Shown here piece by piece: positions 25,322 through 39,026 of a DNA stretch of 64,000 bases. The notes under the pieces were generated by a model. It saw nothing but the letters and a program-made list of their open reading frames with translations, was not told where the DNA came from and made no database searches. The first letter of the stretch is position 1. Every line of letters starts with the position of its first letter. Source of the DNA: Chiloscyllium plagiosum (Eukaryota). Made by a program: the position numbers and the translations under genes. The stretch is from assembly GCF_004010195.1 (NCBI RefSeq), contig NC_057755.1, forward strand, positions 6,486,184 through 6,550,183, given 5' to 3'.

Positions 25322-27529
25322 ACGAGAAGAAGACGACTGTACGCGGTGGAGGAAGTCACAGAGACAGGAAGGGCTGGCCGTGGCTGGAGGAAGTTATCGA
25401 GAGGAGTGAAGTTGGTTGGCCGTCGAAGGGAATTACAAGTGTACAAAACACAAGCAGACCATTCAGTCCCTCAAGACCTGTTCTGCCATTCAATCCAATC
25501 TCGGCTGACCTGTGTATCCCCACATTCCCATCTACCCCCCAATAACACTAAATTCCCTTGCCTGACAAGTCATATTTACCTCAGTTCTCAACATTACTCA
25601 ATGACATCTCCCCACCACTACCTTTGTGAAGCAGAGTCTCAAAACCACTCACCTCTCAAAAACAACTTTAATGTGTCTTGAAGGAGCAATGATTAATGTT
25701 AAAACAGCATCCCTGGTCCTTGACTGTGTGACTGACAAAGGAAATCTCTTCCTTGCGCTCACCTCGTCAATCATTCCAAATGCTACAGGCTTCAATCAAA
25801 ACACACCTTGCTCATGAAAACTTGTGGGAACAATGGCGGCCAGCGCAACACATTCTCATAAAACAACCCAACACCAATCCTCTGCACCACCTTCAAAGCA
25901 TTTACTGCCTTTCCTTACCCAAGGAGACCAATACCGGACCAGGATTTGACATGTGCTCTCACCAGTGCCCTCTGACACTAGAGCACAATATTACTACTTT
26001 AATGTTAAATTTACCTCATAATTAAAGAGCGCATTCTGTAACGATGTGCTTACTAACTTACAGCAAACCTGGCAGAACAATTCACTCCCTCTGTATCTGA
26101 ATCTTTTGCCATTTAGAAAAAAAACACTCCACGTGTTTTTTTTTTAAAATGCTTCCTCCCAGTTTACATTCTCTCACGTAAAACTCCAGACTTTTGCCCA
26201 CTCGCCCATGCATCCGTTCAGCCATGTATCTTTTCCCTACCCACATACAAACTGACGTACTCAGCTAGGGGTCGTCTGCTACTGTGCCTGGGCTCCCCAC
26301 ATCCAAGTCACTGACGTAGTTGCAAAATGGTGCAGCCTCAGCAGAGGACTTTGTAGGACTCCAATTGTTCCCTCATGTCAATCAGAAAGAGACTCTTTGA
26401 TGATTTCTCTATCTTCTGCCAGCCAGCTGATCTTCCCTTCATGCTAACATCTTCCCCCTAATACCACTAAACGTTCATTTTCCCACAGCAGCCTTGGATC
26501 TGCCACTTGATCAAACGCCTTCCAAAAATCCAAATGCACCGTACCTCCAGGTTTCGCTTTATCCAACGCATATGCCACTACTTTAAAGCCCTCTTGTTTC
26601 TAATCCAGCTTGCATGATTACCATTTGGGGAAACCATACGGATTCGAGCCAATTACCTGAAGTTTTTCCAAGTGCACAGCTTTAAGTCTCTTGAATAATT
26701 GACTGAAACAGCCTTGCCATACCAAACGTCCATCTAACTAGTCTAACCGTTGCCCGGTTTCTGTCCCTCCACCTTCAAGATTTGCTACTTTGCAGACGAA
26801 TAGACTCCCTCCTGAACACAGGGGACTTCAGAAAAGCGACACCGACACAACTATTATCAAATGAACAACCTCTTAAGACGCCTCCGTTGAAAACCAACCT
26901 GGACAGCTCACGCCATTCTCTGCAACCGAGAGAGAACCAATTCCAAATCAACCCCAATTAGTCCAGTTACGGAGACAGGGAGGATTCTGAGGACTGGAGG
27001 TGGTTACACAGGTAGGGAGGGTTGAGGACGCTGCAGCGCAGTCACAGAGAGACACACAAAACCAGATGCAGGAGAAGACCACTTACACAAGATTCGAAAA
27101 ATGAGCAATGACCAGCAAGGCAGTGGGAGTACAGATGGTCAACGGGGAAAATGGATGGGCAGTTCAGAAAAATAAGCTTGCAGAAGCATGGGGCTTCAGA
27201 AGGGAAATGGGGACTGAGCAGACTGCTGCGCAAAGAGGAAATGAGGGCTCAATTAACCGAAAGCACTCCAATTGCACCGATCTGACTCTAACGCTATGGG
27301 ACACCCTGCAGTTGTGAAAGGCAATGTACTAAATTGCGACTAATTCTTTTTTTTTGGTTATGGGTGGAACAGGAAGTCCAAGGTTCCTTAGCTGTCAGAG
27401 CTGCAACGGGGAGCAGAATGGCAAGCAGAAAACCTACTGAAGGGCATAGATCCTGGGCAGCCGAAGGCAACGGGGCTAAACAATAACCACCTCCCCCGCC
27501 CCCAGCCCCTTCAAGGCAGCATCACTGAC

Positions 27530-27641
27530 CTGTGGTACCGCGAATCAGCCTGGACGGTGATAAACTCCGCCACGTCCTCCATGGCGTCAAAGAATTCGTT
27601 CTCGTCATCCTCATCACTCAGATCCCGGCTACCTGTGCTCC
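27530..27641 (-). CDS. OSBP: OSBP-like coding exon with FFAT motif
   Basis: STGSRDLSDEDDENEFFDAMEDVAEFITVQADSRYH; EFFDAxE preceded by an acidic tract; ttttcag| and |gtcagt; 112 nt. Confidence 0.92.
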
Positions 27642-27762
27642 CTGAAAACAGAAAGGTTGTCACCAGACTAGGAGGACAACAGCATGGAAGGGAGGGCTCA
27701 GTTATAGACGGGGGAGACAGAGACAGGGGGAGACAGAGACAGGGGGAGACAGAGACAGGGGG

Positions 27763-30700
27763 CCACACACCAGGGACATGGGGGGAGGGAATAGGGGGAC
27801 GGAGAGAGGGAGAGAGAGAGAGGGAATCAGTCCGGGATATACCACACACCAGGGACATGGGGGGAGGGAATAGGGGGACGGAGAGAGGGAGAGAGAGAGA
27901 GGGAATCAGTCCGGGATATACCACACACCAGGGACATGGGGGGAGGGAATAGGGGGACGGAGAGAGGGAGAGAGAGAGAGGGAATCAGTCCGGGATATAC
28001 CACACACCAGGGACATGGGGGGAGGGAATAGGGGGACGGAGAGAGGGAGAGAGAGAGAGGGAATCAGTCCGGGATATACCACACACCAGGGACATGGGGG
28101 GAGGGAATAGGGGGACGGAGAGAGGGAGAGAGAGAGAGGGAATCAGTCCGGGATATACCACACACCAGGGACATGGGGGGAGGGAATAGGGGGACGGAGA
28201 GAGGGAGAGAGAGAGAGGGAATCAGTCCGGGATATACCACACACCAGGGACATGGGGGGAGGGAATAGGGGGACGGAGAGAGGGAGAGAGAGAGAGGGAA
28301 TCAGTCCGGGATATACCACACACCAGGGACATGGGGGGAGGGAATAGGGGGACGGAGAGAGGGAGAGAGAGAGAGGGAATCAGTCCGGGATATACCACAC
28401 ACCAGGGACATGGGGGGAGGGAATAGGGGGACGGAGAGAGGGAGAGAGAGAGAGGGAATCAGTCCGGGATATACCACACACCAGGGACATGGGGGGAGGG
28501 AATAGGGGGACGGAGAGAGGGAGAGAGAGAGAGGGAATCAGTCCGGGATATACCACACACCAGGGACATGGGGGGAGGGAATAGGGGGACGGAGAGAGGG
28601 AGAGAGAGAGAGGGAATCAGTCCGGGATATACCACACACCAGGGACATGGGGGGAGGGAATAGGGGGACGGAGAGAGGGAGAGAGAGAGAGGGAATCAGT
28701 CCGGGATATACCACACACCAGGGACATGGGGGGAGGGAATAGGGGGACGGAGAGAGGGAGAGAGAGAGAGGGAATCAGTCCGGGATATACCACACACCAG
28801 GGACATGGGGGGAGGGAATAGGGGGACGGAGAGAGGGAGAGAGAGAGAGGGAATCAGTCCGGGATATACCACACACCAGGGACATGGGGGGAGGGAATAG
28901 GGGGACGGAGAGAGGGAGAGAGAGAGAGGGAATCAGTCCGGGATATACCACACACCAGGGACATGGGGGGAGGGAATAGGGGGACGGAGAGAGGGAGAGA
29001 GAGAGAGGGAATCAGTCCGGGATATACCACACACCAGGGACATGGGGGGAGGGAATAGGGGGACGGAGAGAGGGAGAGAGAGAGAGGGAATCAGTCCGGG
29101 ATATACCACACACCAGGGACATGGGGGGAGGGAATAGGGGGACGGAGAGAGGGAGAGAGAGAGAGGGAATCAGTCCGGGATATACCACACACCAGGGACA
29201 TGGGGGGAGGGAATAGGGGGACGGAGAGAGGGAGAGAGAGAGAGGGAATCAGTCCGGGATATACCACACACCAGGGACATGGGGGGAGGGAATAGGGGGA
29301 CGGAGAGAGGGAGAGAGAGAGAGGGAATCAGTCCGGGATATACCACACACCAGGGACATGGGGGGAGGGAATAGGGGGACGGAGAGAGGGAGAGAGAGAG
29401 AGGGAATCAGTCCGGGATATACCACACACCAGGGACATGGGGGGAGGGAATAGGGGGACGGAGAGAGGGAGAGAGAGAGAGGGAATCAGTCCGGGATATA
29501 CCACACACCAGGGACATGGGGGGAGGGAATAGGGGGACGGAGAGAGGGAGAGAGAGAGAGGGAATCAGTCCGGGATATACCACACACCAGGGACATGGGG
29601 GGAGGGAATAGGGGGACGGAGAGAGGGAGAGAGAGAGAGGGAATCAGTCCGGGATATACCACACACCAGGGACATGGGGGGAGGGAATAGGGGGACGGAG
29701 AGAGGGAGAGAGAGAGAGGGAATCAGTCCGGGATATACCACACACCAGGGACATGGGGGGAGGGAATAGGGGGACGGAGAGAGGGAGAGAGAGAGAGGGA
29801 ATCAGTCCGGGATATACCACACACCAGGGACATGGGGGGAGGGAATAGGGGGACGGAGAGAGGGAGAGAGAGAGAGGGAATCAGTCCGGGATATACCACA
29901 CACCAGGGACATGGGGGGAGGGAATAGGGGGACGGAGAGAGGGAGAGAGAGAGAGGGAATCAGTCCGGGATATACCACACACCAGGGACATGGGGGGAGG
30001 GAATAGGGGGACGGAGAGAGGGAGAGAGAGAGAGGGAATCAGTCCGGGATATACCACACACCAGGGACATGGGGGGAGGGAATAGGGGGACGGAGAGAGG
30101 GAGAGAGAGAGAGGGAATCAGTCCGGGATATACCACACACCAGGGACATGGGGGGAGGGAATAGGGGGACGGAGAGAGGGAGAGAGAGAGAGGGAATCAG
30201 TCCGGGATATACCACACACCAGGGACATGGGGGGAGGGAATAGGGGGACGGAGAGAGGGAGAGAGAGAGAGGGAATCAGTCCGGGATATACCACACACCA
30301 GGGACATGGGGGGAGGGAATAGGGGGACGGAGAGAGGGAGAGAGAGAGAGGGAATCAGTCCGGGATATACCACACACCAGGGACATGGGGGGAGGGAATA
30401 GGGGGACGGAGAGAGGGAGAGAGAGAGAGGGAATCAGTCCGGGATATACCACACACCAGGGACATGGGGGGAGGGAATAGGGGGACGGAGAGAGGGAGAG
30501 AGAGAGAGGGAATCAGTCCGGGATATACCACACACCAGGGACATGGGGGGAGGGAATAGGGGGACGGAGAGAGGGAGAGAGAGAGAGGGAATCAGTCCGG
30601 GATATACCACACACCAGGGACATGGGGGGAGGGAATAGGGGGACGGAGAGAGGGAGAGAGAGAGAGGGAATCAGTCCGGGATATACCACACACCAGGGAC

Positions 30701-33590
30701 ATGGGGGGAGGGAATAGGGGGACGGAGAGAGGGAGAGAGAGAGAGGGAATCAGTCCGGGATATACCACACACCAGGGACATGGGGGGAGGGAATAGGGGG
30801 ACGGAGAGAGGGAGAGAGAGAGAGGGAATCAGTCCGGGATATACCACACACCAGGGACATGGGGGGAGGGAATAGGGGGACGGAGAGAGGGAGAGAGAGA
30901 GAGGGAATCAGTCCGGGATATACCACACACCAGGGACATGGGGGGAGGGAATAGGGGGACGGAGAGAGGGAGAGAGAGAGAGGGAATCAGTCCGGGATAT
31001 ACCACACACCAGGGACATGGGGGGAGGGAATAGGGGGACGGAGAGAGGGAGAGAGAGAGAGGGAATCAGTCCGGGATATACCACACACCAGGGACATGGG
31101 GGGAGGGAATAGGGGGACGGAGAGAGGGAGAGAGAGAGAGGGAATCAGTCCGGGATATACCACACACCAGGGACATGGGGGGAGGGAATAGGGGGACGGA
31201 GAGAGGGAGAGAGAGAGAGGGAATCAGTCCGGGATATACCACACACCAGGGACATGGGGGGAGGGAATAGGGGGACGGAGAGAGGGAGAGAGAGAGAGGG
31301 AATCAGTCCGGGATATACCACACACCAGGGACATGGGGGGAGGGAATAGGGGGACGGAGAGAGGGAGAGAGAGAGAGGGAATCAGTCCGGGATATACCAC
31401 ACACCAGGGACATGGGGGGAGGGAATAGGGGGACGGAGAGAGGGAGAGAGAGAGAGGGAATCAGTCCGGGATATACCACACACCAGGGACATGGGGGGAG
31501 GGAATAGGGGGACGGAGAGAGGGAGAGAGAGAGAGGGAATCAGTCCGGGATATACCACACACCAGGGACATGGGGGGAGGGAATAGGGGGACGGAGAGAG
31601 GGAGAGAGAGAGAGGGAATCAGTCCGGGATATACCACACACCAGGGACATGGGGGGAGGGAATAGGGGGACGGAGAGAGGGAGAGAGAGAGAGGGAATCA
31701 GTCCGGGATATACCACACACCAGGGACATGGGGGGAGGGAATAGGGGGACGGAGAGAGGGAGAGAGAGAGAGGGAATCAGTCCGGGATATACCACACACC
31801 AGGGACATGGGGGGAGGGAATAGGGGGACGGAGAGAGGGAGAGAGAGAGAGGGAATCAGTCCGGGATATACCACACACCAGGGACATGGGGGGAGGGAAT
31901 AGGGGGACGGAGAGAGGGAGAGAGAGAGAGGGAATCAGTCCGGGATATACCACACACCAGGGACATGGGGGGAGGGAATAGGGGGACGGAGAGAGGGAGA
32001 GAGAGAGAGGGAATCAGTCCGGGATATACCACACACCAGGGACATGGGGGGAGGGAATAGGGGGACGGAGAGAGGGAGAGAGAGAGAGGGAATCAGTCCG
32101 GGATATACCACACACCAGGGACATGGGGGGAGGGAATAGGGGGACGGAGAGAGGGAGAGAGAGAGAGGGAATCAGTCCGGGATATACCACACACCAGGGA
32201 CATGGGGGGAGGGAATAGGGGGACGGAGAGAGGGAGAGAGAGAGAGGGAATCAGTCCGGGATATACCACACACCAGGGACATGGGGGGAGGGAATAGGGG
32301 GACGGAGAGAGGGAGAGAGAGAGAGGGAATCAGTCCGGGATATACCACACACCAGGGACATGGGGGGAGGGAATAGGGGGACGGAGAGAGGGAGAGAGAG
32401 AGAGGGAATCAGTCCGGGATATACCACACACCAGGGACATGGGGGGAGGGAATAGGGGGACGGAGAGAGGGAGAGAGAGAGAGGGAATCAGTCCGGGATA
32501 TACCACACACCAGGGACATGGGGGGAGGGAATAGGGGGACGGAGAGAGGGAGAGAGAGAGAGGGAATCAGTCCGGGATATACCACACACCAGGGACATGG
32601 GGGGAGGGAATAGGGGGACGGAGAGAGGGAGAGAGAGAGAGGGAATCAGTCCGGGATATACCACACACCAGGGACATGGGGGGAGGGAATAGGGGGACGG
32701 AGAGAGGGAGAGAGAGAGAGGGAATCAGTCCGGGATATACCACACACCAGGGACATGGGGGGAGGGAATAGGGGGACGGAGAGAGGGAGAGAGAGAGAGG
32801 GAATCAGTCCGGGATATACCACACACCAGGGACATGGGGGGAGGGAATAGGGGGACGGAGAGAGGGAGAGAGAGAGAGGGAATCAGTCCGGGATATACCA
32901 CACACCAGGGACATGGGGGGAGGGAATAGGGGGACGGAGAGAGGGAGAGAGAGAGAGGGAATCAGTCCGGGATATACCACACACCAGGGACATGGGGGGA
33001 GGGAATAGGGGGACGGAGAGAGGGAGAGAGAGAGAGGGAATCAGTCCGGGATATACCACACACCAGGGACATGGGGGGAGGGAATAGGGGGACGGAGAGA
33101 GGGAGAGAGAGAGAGGGAATCAGTCCGGGATATACCACACACCAGGGACATGGGGGGAGGGAATAGGGGGACGGAGAGAGGGAGAGAGAGAGAGGGAATC
33201 AGTCCGGGATATACCACACACCAGGGACATGGGGGGAGGGAATAGGGGGACGGAGAGAGGGAGAGAGAGAGAGGGAATCAGTCCGGGATATACCACACAC
33301 CAGGGACATGGGGGGAGGGAATAGGGGGACGGAGAGAGGGAGAGAGAGAGAGGGAATCAGTCCGGGATATACCACACACCAGGGACATGGGGGGAGGGAA
33401 TAGGGGGACGGAGAGAGGGAGAGAGAGAGAGGGAATCAGTCCGGGATATACCACACACCAGGGACATGGGGGGAGGGAATAGGGGGACGGAGAGAGGGAG
33501 AGAGAGAGAGGGAATCAGTCCGGGATATACCACACACCAGGGACATGGGGGGAGGGAATAGAGGGACGGAGAGAGGGAGAGAGAGAGGGA
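27763..33590. repeat. Perfect tandem array, 79-bp unit, 73 full copies plus a partial copy
   Basis: Unit ccacacaccagggacatggggggagggaatagggggacggagagagggagagagagagagggaatcagtccgggatata recurs every 79 bp from 27763 to 33530, then decays into (gagagagggacg)n to ~33670. Confidence 0.97.
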
Positions 33591-34551
33591 GAGAGAGAGG
33601 GACGGAGAGAGGGACGGAGAGAGGGACGGAGAGAGGGACGGAGAGAGGGACGGAGAGAGGGACGGAGAGCGACAGACAGACACCCGAAGTTCCAGCAGAT
33701 TTACTCGCCTTATTTAAGAGACACTCTTTCTTGGAAGTCAGTTCAGAGAAGCTTCACTGAAATGATCCCTGGTGTGGAGGGATTGTCCAGTGACTAAAGC
33801 CTACACAGGTTGGGACTTTAATCCGAATAAGAGGTGATCTCACTGAAACATATCAGGACTCAACCGTGTCAATACTGAGGTGGTGTTTCTCCTCAGAGGA
33901 GAGTCTGCCACCATGAAGCACAGGGTTAAGACTGAGATGAGGAGGAATTTCTTCGCTGTGAAAGTTGATTGTCTTTGGAACACCTTGTCACAGAGCGCAC
34001 TGTGGGGGCTGAGTCCTTGTGTTAATGTCGAAGGTTGGGATATGTAGATTCTTGATCAACCGGGGAAAATCGAGCGTTACAGGGAAAGGAGATATGAGGA
34101 TTACTGAATCAGTCGCGATCCTATCGAATGATGGAGCAGGCTCAAGGGGCCAAACAGCCTCCTCCTGTTCCCATTTCTTATGGTCGTACGTACGCAGATG
34201 CAAAACCAGCCCCAACAGCTCGCAAACCAGAAACCTATACCCTTCCTGCAGCTGCTGCTTCTTCTGTGTGTAGCCTCGCACCACACTGGACAGCACAAGT
34301 GAGAAACTGCATTCTTCGACTCTGGATTCCCTTCACGAACAGCCCTGCCTCCAACTTCAGATACCCAACTCTGGAAATCCCCCCAACTCCATAAACATTG
34401 CCATCTTGCTGCTCCACCAACACCCACCCACCCACCCCTGCACTCCACCATGACACAATGACATCTCACTCCTTGGTCAGGCGTTTGGTCACGAGACTGA
34501 ATATTCCTTTGAGGGTCGCCTGACCTGGTAGCGCTTGATGCGGCTGTGAGA

Positions 34552-34842
34552 GTTTAGATTAGATTCCCTGCCATGTGGAAACAGGCCCTTCGGCCCAACA
34601 GGTCCACACCAACCCTCTGAAGAGTAACCCAGCCAAACCCCTTTTCCCTCTGACTAATGGATCTAAATTGACAAATTACGCATGGCCAATTCACCTGACC
34701 TGCGCAACTTTGGATAGTGGGAGGAAACCAAGCACACAAAGGTAGAATGTGCAAAAATCCACACAGACAGTCGCCTGAGGTTGGAATCGAACCCAGGACT
34801 CTGTTGCTGTGAGGCAAGTGCTACCAACTGAGCCACCGTGCT
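34552..34842 (-). mobile_element. HE1-like V-SINE
   Basis: Reverse complement of the SINE body with (agatt)n tail. Confidence 0.82.
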
Positions 34843-36032
34843 CTCACCCACAGAACCCAGGGATTTGAGATTTAGTTTTCAGCTGTAGCTGCTGTTCTGG
34901 GACTTCAAGTGGAAGCTATTTTTCCCCCCCTCTCTCTCGATTACAGCCAAAAGCTGGAGCCTCTCGTGCCTGGCCTCTCTCTGGCATACACGACAAAATA
35001 TGTTTCCTGAATTTGCATTTTTACCACTGGTGTATTAATCAGACCATAAGACATGGGAGCAGAAATTAGGCCACTCAGCCCATCGAGTCTGCTCCGCCAT
35101 TCAATGATAGTTAAGTTTCTCAAACCCCACTCTCCCAGTAACCTTTCATCCCCTTGATATTCAAGAACCTATCTCAATCTTGCATATACACTCCACAGCC
35201 TTGAGTGGCAATAAATTCCATACATATACACTCCACAGCCTTGAGTGGCAATAAATTCCATACATTCAATCAATCTCTGGCTTAAGTTTCTCCTTATCTC
35301 GATTCGAAACAATCTCTGGCTTAAGTTTCTCCTTATCTCGATTCGAAAAGTTCTTCCCTTTACTCAGGCAGTGCCCCTTGGGTTCTCGTCTCTCCTACTA
35401 ACGGAAACATCTACCCAACATCCAATCTGTCCAGGCCATTCAGTATTCTGTCGGTTTCCATTAGCTCCCTCACATCCTGCCAAACTCCGTCACGTACAGA
35501 CCCAGAGTCCTCAAACGCTCCTCACATGTATAAACCGGGAGTCCTCAAACATTCCTCATATGAAATGAAATATCACTACACTGGAACAGTTAGTTCATAA
35601 TAGTCACGGCATCTGCTATTCTGTTAAATTTTGCAATCAAGTTCTTCCTCCTTTTTATTGTGTTGAACTATAGTGCTTGAATAAATTGTGATTTGCTTAA
35701 CATAATCATTTAACCAGTCAAACTGTATCTGGAACAGAACTCCTCACATTTACCTTACCAAAGAAAGGTTAGGGTCCAGGTTACCTTCTTACAAGGTAAG
35801 GGGGAGGGGGGGGATCTACTCAGGTCCATAACAGGCGTTTCCATGGATTTGCGGAGCACGGTGCTGTCAACCTGATCACGGTGACATACCACAGTACACA
35901 GCATTGACGGCCCACATCGCTGCCGCCTTGTGGAGGGAGTAACTGTTAGAGGCGACGGACGTGGGGGGGTGGGGGTATTGCTGGAACTCTCAATGCCATC
36001 AGAAGACACTCACTCAGCGGAGGCTCCCTTAC

Positions 36033-36231
36033 CTTTGACGGAGCCGACACTGAGCGTGCTGCTGGGGGGCAGGACGGTTGCTCCGCGGAATGCTCGCTCC
36101 AGGTTGTTGTGCTGCTTGGCCAGCTGCTCCAGCGTCTCCTCCAGCCGGATCCGCTGCTCCCGCTCATGCTGCAGGGCTTTCTGCCATTTCTTACTGTGAG
36201 TCTGGGCCAGCAGCAGGAAGTCACGGCAAGC
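36033..36231 (-). CDS. OSBP: OSBP-like coding exon (coiled coil)
   Basis: ACRDFLLLAQTHSKKWQKALQHEREQRIRLEETLEQLAKQHNNLERAFRGATVLP...; gtcag| and |gtaagg; 199 nt. Confidence 0.93.
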
Positions 36232-36339
36232 CTGACAACACACACACACAGGTACACAACGGAGAGAGAGGCACAGGGAGGGTTAGGGAGCAGTCAGAAG
36301 TACACACCCTCCATCAGCACTGTATCCCACACACACACA

Positions 36340-37035
36340 CAGATAGAGAGGTACATTAACATCCGTTTCCATGCGGCCAGTAACACAGGGCGCTGGGTGG
36401 GGTGGGGAAAAGCGGGGTTACTGAGTGACTTTGTAAGGGAGCTGGATTAACATCAGCAGAGATACAGTCAGTAACACAGGGTGCTGGGGGAGAGTGGCGT
36501 TACTCAGTCACCGTGCGAGGGAGCTGAATTAACATCAGTTCACTTACGGCCAGTTACACGTGGCTCTGAGGAAGGTTTGGGGGGTGGTGAAAAGAGGGGT
36601 TACTGAGTGACCGTGTAAGAGAGTTGTATTAACATCGGCAGAAATACAGGTCAGTAACACGGGGTGGAGAAGCAATGGATTACTAAGTGACAGCGGGAGG
36701 GAACAGGATTAACATCAGGAGAGATACAGTCAGTCAGTCAGTCAGGGCACCTGGGGAGAGAGGTTTGAATGAGTGTGAAGGAGCTAGATTAACACCACTA
36801 CAGATACTGTCTAACAGAGTGCTTTGGAGGGGGGTGGAAACCACAGTGACAGTGTGAGGTAACAGCAGTAGAATACAATCAGTAAGACAGGAAGTTGTGG
36901 GGAGAGGGGTTACTGAGTGACAGTGAGAGGTAACAGCAGTAGCGATAGAATCAATAACGTAATGTGCTGGGGGGGGAATGGGGAAGAAGGGCTACTTGAG
37001 AGAGGAGGAATTAACCTCAACAGAGATACAGTCGG
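36340..37035. repeat. Degenerate tandem repeat (~75-85 bp unit)
   Basis: Recurring ttaacatcagcagagatacagtcagtaacacagg...ggttactgagtgac variants. Confidence 0.7.
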
Positions 37036-37129
37036 TACTGTAGGGTGCCAGAAAGGAGTTGCTGAACCACTCTGGTACAGCCCTTGTGGGTGCTGGGGGG
37101 CGGGGGGTAGGCAGAGGGCGCTGACTCAC

Positions 37130-37380
37130 ATTGATCATGGCGTTGGAGGTGATTCGGAAGAGGGTGGCTCGCTCGTTCACTTGTTTAATCTTCTCGGAGC
37201 TCTCGGGAGGCAGCCTGAGGTTCTCCAGCTCACTGAGCGAGCGCTGTAAGGCGGTGCCGTGCTTCGCGATGAGGTCGTTGCACGTCGAGAGGTCCTCCAC
37301 CTTGCTCGTGAGGGTCCTCAGCGTGTTCTGCACTTCGGTCTTGTCCGTCTGAGAAGACTGCTCTTCATCAGCGGAGTCAT
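37130..37380 (-). CDS. OSBP: OSBP-like coding exon (coiled-coil/dimerisation region)
   Basis: DDSADEEQSSQTDKTEVQNTLRTLTSKVEDLSTCNDLIAKHGTALQRSLSELE...TLFRITSNAMIN; ttttttgaag| and |gtgagt; 251 nt. Confidence 0.93.
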
Positions 37381-37559
37381 CTTCAAAAAAGTTGTTAAAT
37401 TTCACAGCACGTTCAAGGAGACCAACCTTCCACGCCCCCCGCTCAGCAGCAGAGTTAACGGCTCACATACCCTCACCCAGTGGAAACGCTCATCTCTCAC
37501 TTTCCTTATTCTCCCCCACTCCACCCGAAACGTGGGACAGCCTCCCTACTATCATAGCA

Positions 37560-37915
37560 CAGGCAGTACAGTGGCTCAGTGGTTAGCAGTGCTGCCTCAC
37601 AGCGGGTTCGATCCCACTGAGTCAAGTTCACACATTCTCCCCATGTCTGCGTGGGTTTCCACCAAAGCCCAGGGATGTGCAGGTTAGGGGTGGATTGACC
37701 ATGTTAAATTGTCCCATAGTGCCCAGGTTAGGGTGGATTGGCCGTGGTTAATTGTCCCATAGTGCCCAGGGATGCACAGGCAAACCAGGTTAGCAATGGG
37801 ATATGCAGGGCGACAGGGATAGGCTCAGGAACTGGGTCTGGTTGGGATGCTCTTCAGAGGGCCTGGTGCAGGCCCGATCGGCTGAATGGCCCCTCTGCAC
37901 ACTATAGGGATTATA
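37560..37915 (+). mobile_element. Diverged V-SINE with an internal ~43-bp duplication
   Basis: A/B boxes, V-domain remnants; ggttag...cccatagtgcccagg occurs twice. Confidence 0.7.
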
Positions 37916-37979
37916 TCACCTCCCCTCCACACTGCAAGAGGGTCAGTTAACTGCTCATATCATTTGGATGAAAATAATT

Positions 37980-38560
37980 CATTTATGGGGTGGTGAGTTT
38001 AAGAAAGTCAGATCAGCATTTATTGCCTGAGCCTCATCACCCTCGAGGTGGTGGCGGGCAACTGCCTTCTTGAACGACTGCAGTCCATTTAGTGCAAGTC
38101 CATTACCATTATGGCTGGGGAGAGCAAGATCGAGGGTCACCGCGAGCGTGCCAGGATCCTGACCCGGTGACACAGATATATTTCCGAGACAGGCTTGAGG
38201 GCGGCTCTGATGGGACCTTACAGGTGGGTGTGCTCCTCACTGTGTTAGTCCTCCTGGACAGTCACGGGTTTGGAAGGTGCTGTCGACTGAGCCTTAGTGA
38301 GTTGCTGCAGTGCATCTTGTCAGTGGCGCACACACACCCTGCAGCTACTGAGTGTCGATGCTGGAGGGAGCAGATGCGGTGCCAATTGAGCGGGTTGCTT
38401 TGTCCTGGACGGTGACAAGTTTCTGGAGTGTTGTTGGGGCTGCCCTCCCATCCAGACAAGTGGGGAGTATTCCATTACACTCCTGGCTTGGGCCTTGTCG
38501 ATGGTGGACAGGCTTTGGGGAGTCAGGGGGTGAGTTACTCGCTGCAAGATTCAGAGCTTC
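37980..38560 (-). mobile_element. LINE 3' fragment of a different CR1/L2-group family
   Basis: TIDKAQARSVMEYSPLVW, VQDKATRSIG remnants of an RT C-terminus. Confidence 0.6.
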
Positions 38561-39026
38561 TGGCATGTTCTTGTAGCTCGCACCCAGTTAATCCCTACAG
38601 CATGGAAGCAGGCTGTTCGGTCCAAAAAAGCCCACAACCACCCCTCCAAACAGCATCCCACCCAGACACACTGTCCACCTATCACTGCATTTCCTTGCAC
38701 ATCGCTGGACGCTGTGGGCAGTTAAGCATGGTCAGTCCACTGCACAGCTTTGGACTAGGGAAGGAAATCCCACACAGATGCAAGGTGGGGGGGGACAAAC
38801 CCCACGCCCGAGGGTGGGATTGAACCCAGCCCCATGGTAGGACTCAGGTTCCCTCGAAAATGAACCCCTCTTGTGGGAAAATTAACCCTGCCCCATACCC
38901 TCCTGCTCCCCGCACTGGGACAGTCGAGCCCTCGTAATCCCCCTCTTGGCCGGGAACAGTTAATCACTCGAACACCTCACTGCATTTCGCCCGGATCTCC
39001 CTGGGGTGGCCCTTGCACTTTCTTAC

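Noticed and set aside
27763..33590. Array as a CRISPR locus or repeat-protein gene
   Set aside because: There are no spacers, the context is eukaryotic, and stops recur on both strands so no long ORF exists.
34860..35832. Possible solo LTR (ends ...ataaca, internal aataaa); similar impression at 10727-11230
   Set aside because: No second LTR, TSD or internal domain could be identified by eye; a repeat-library search is needed.
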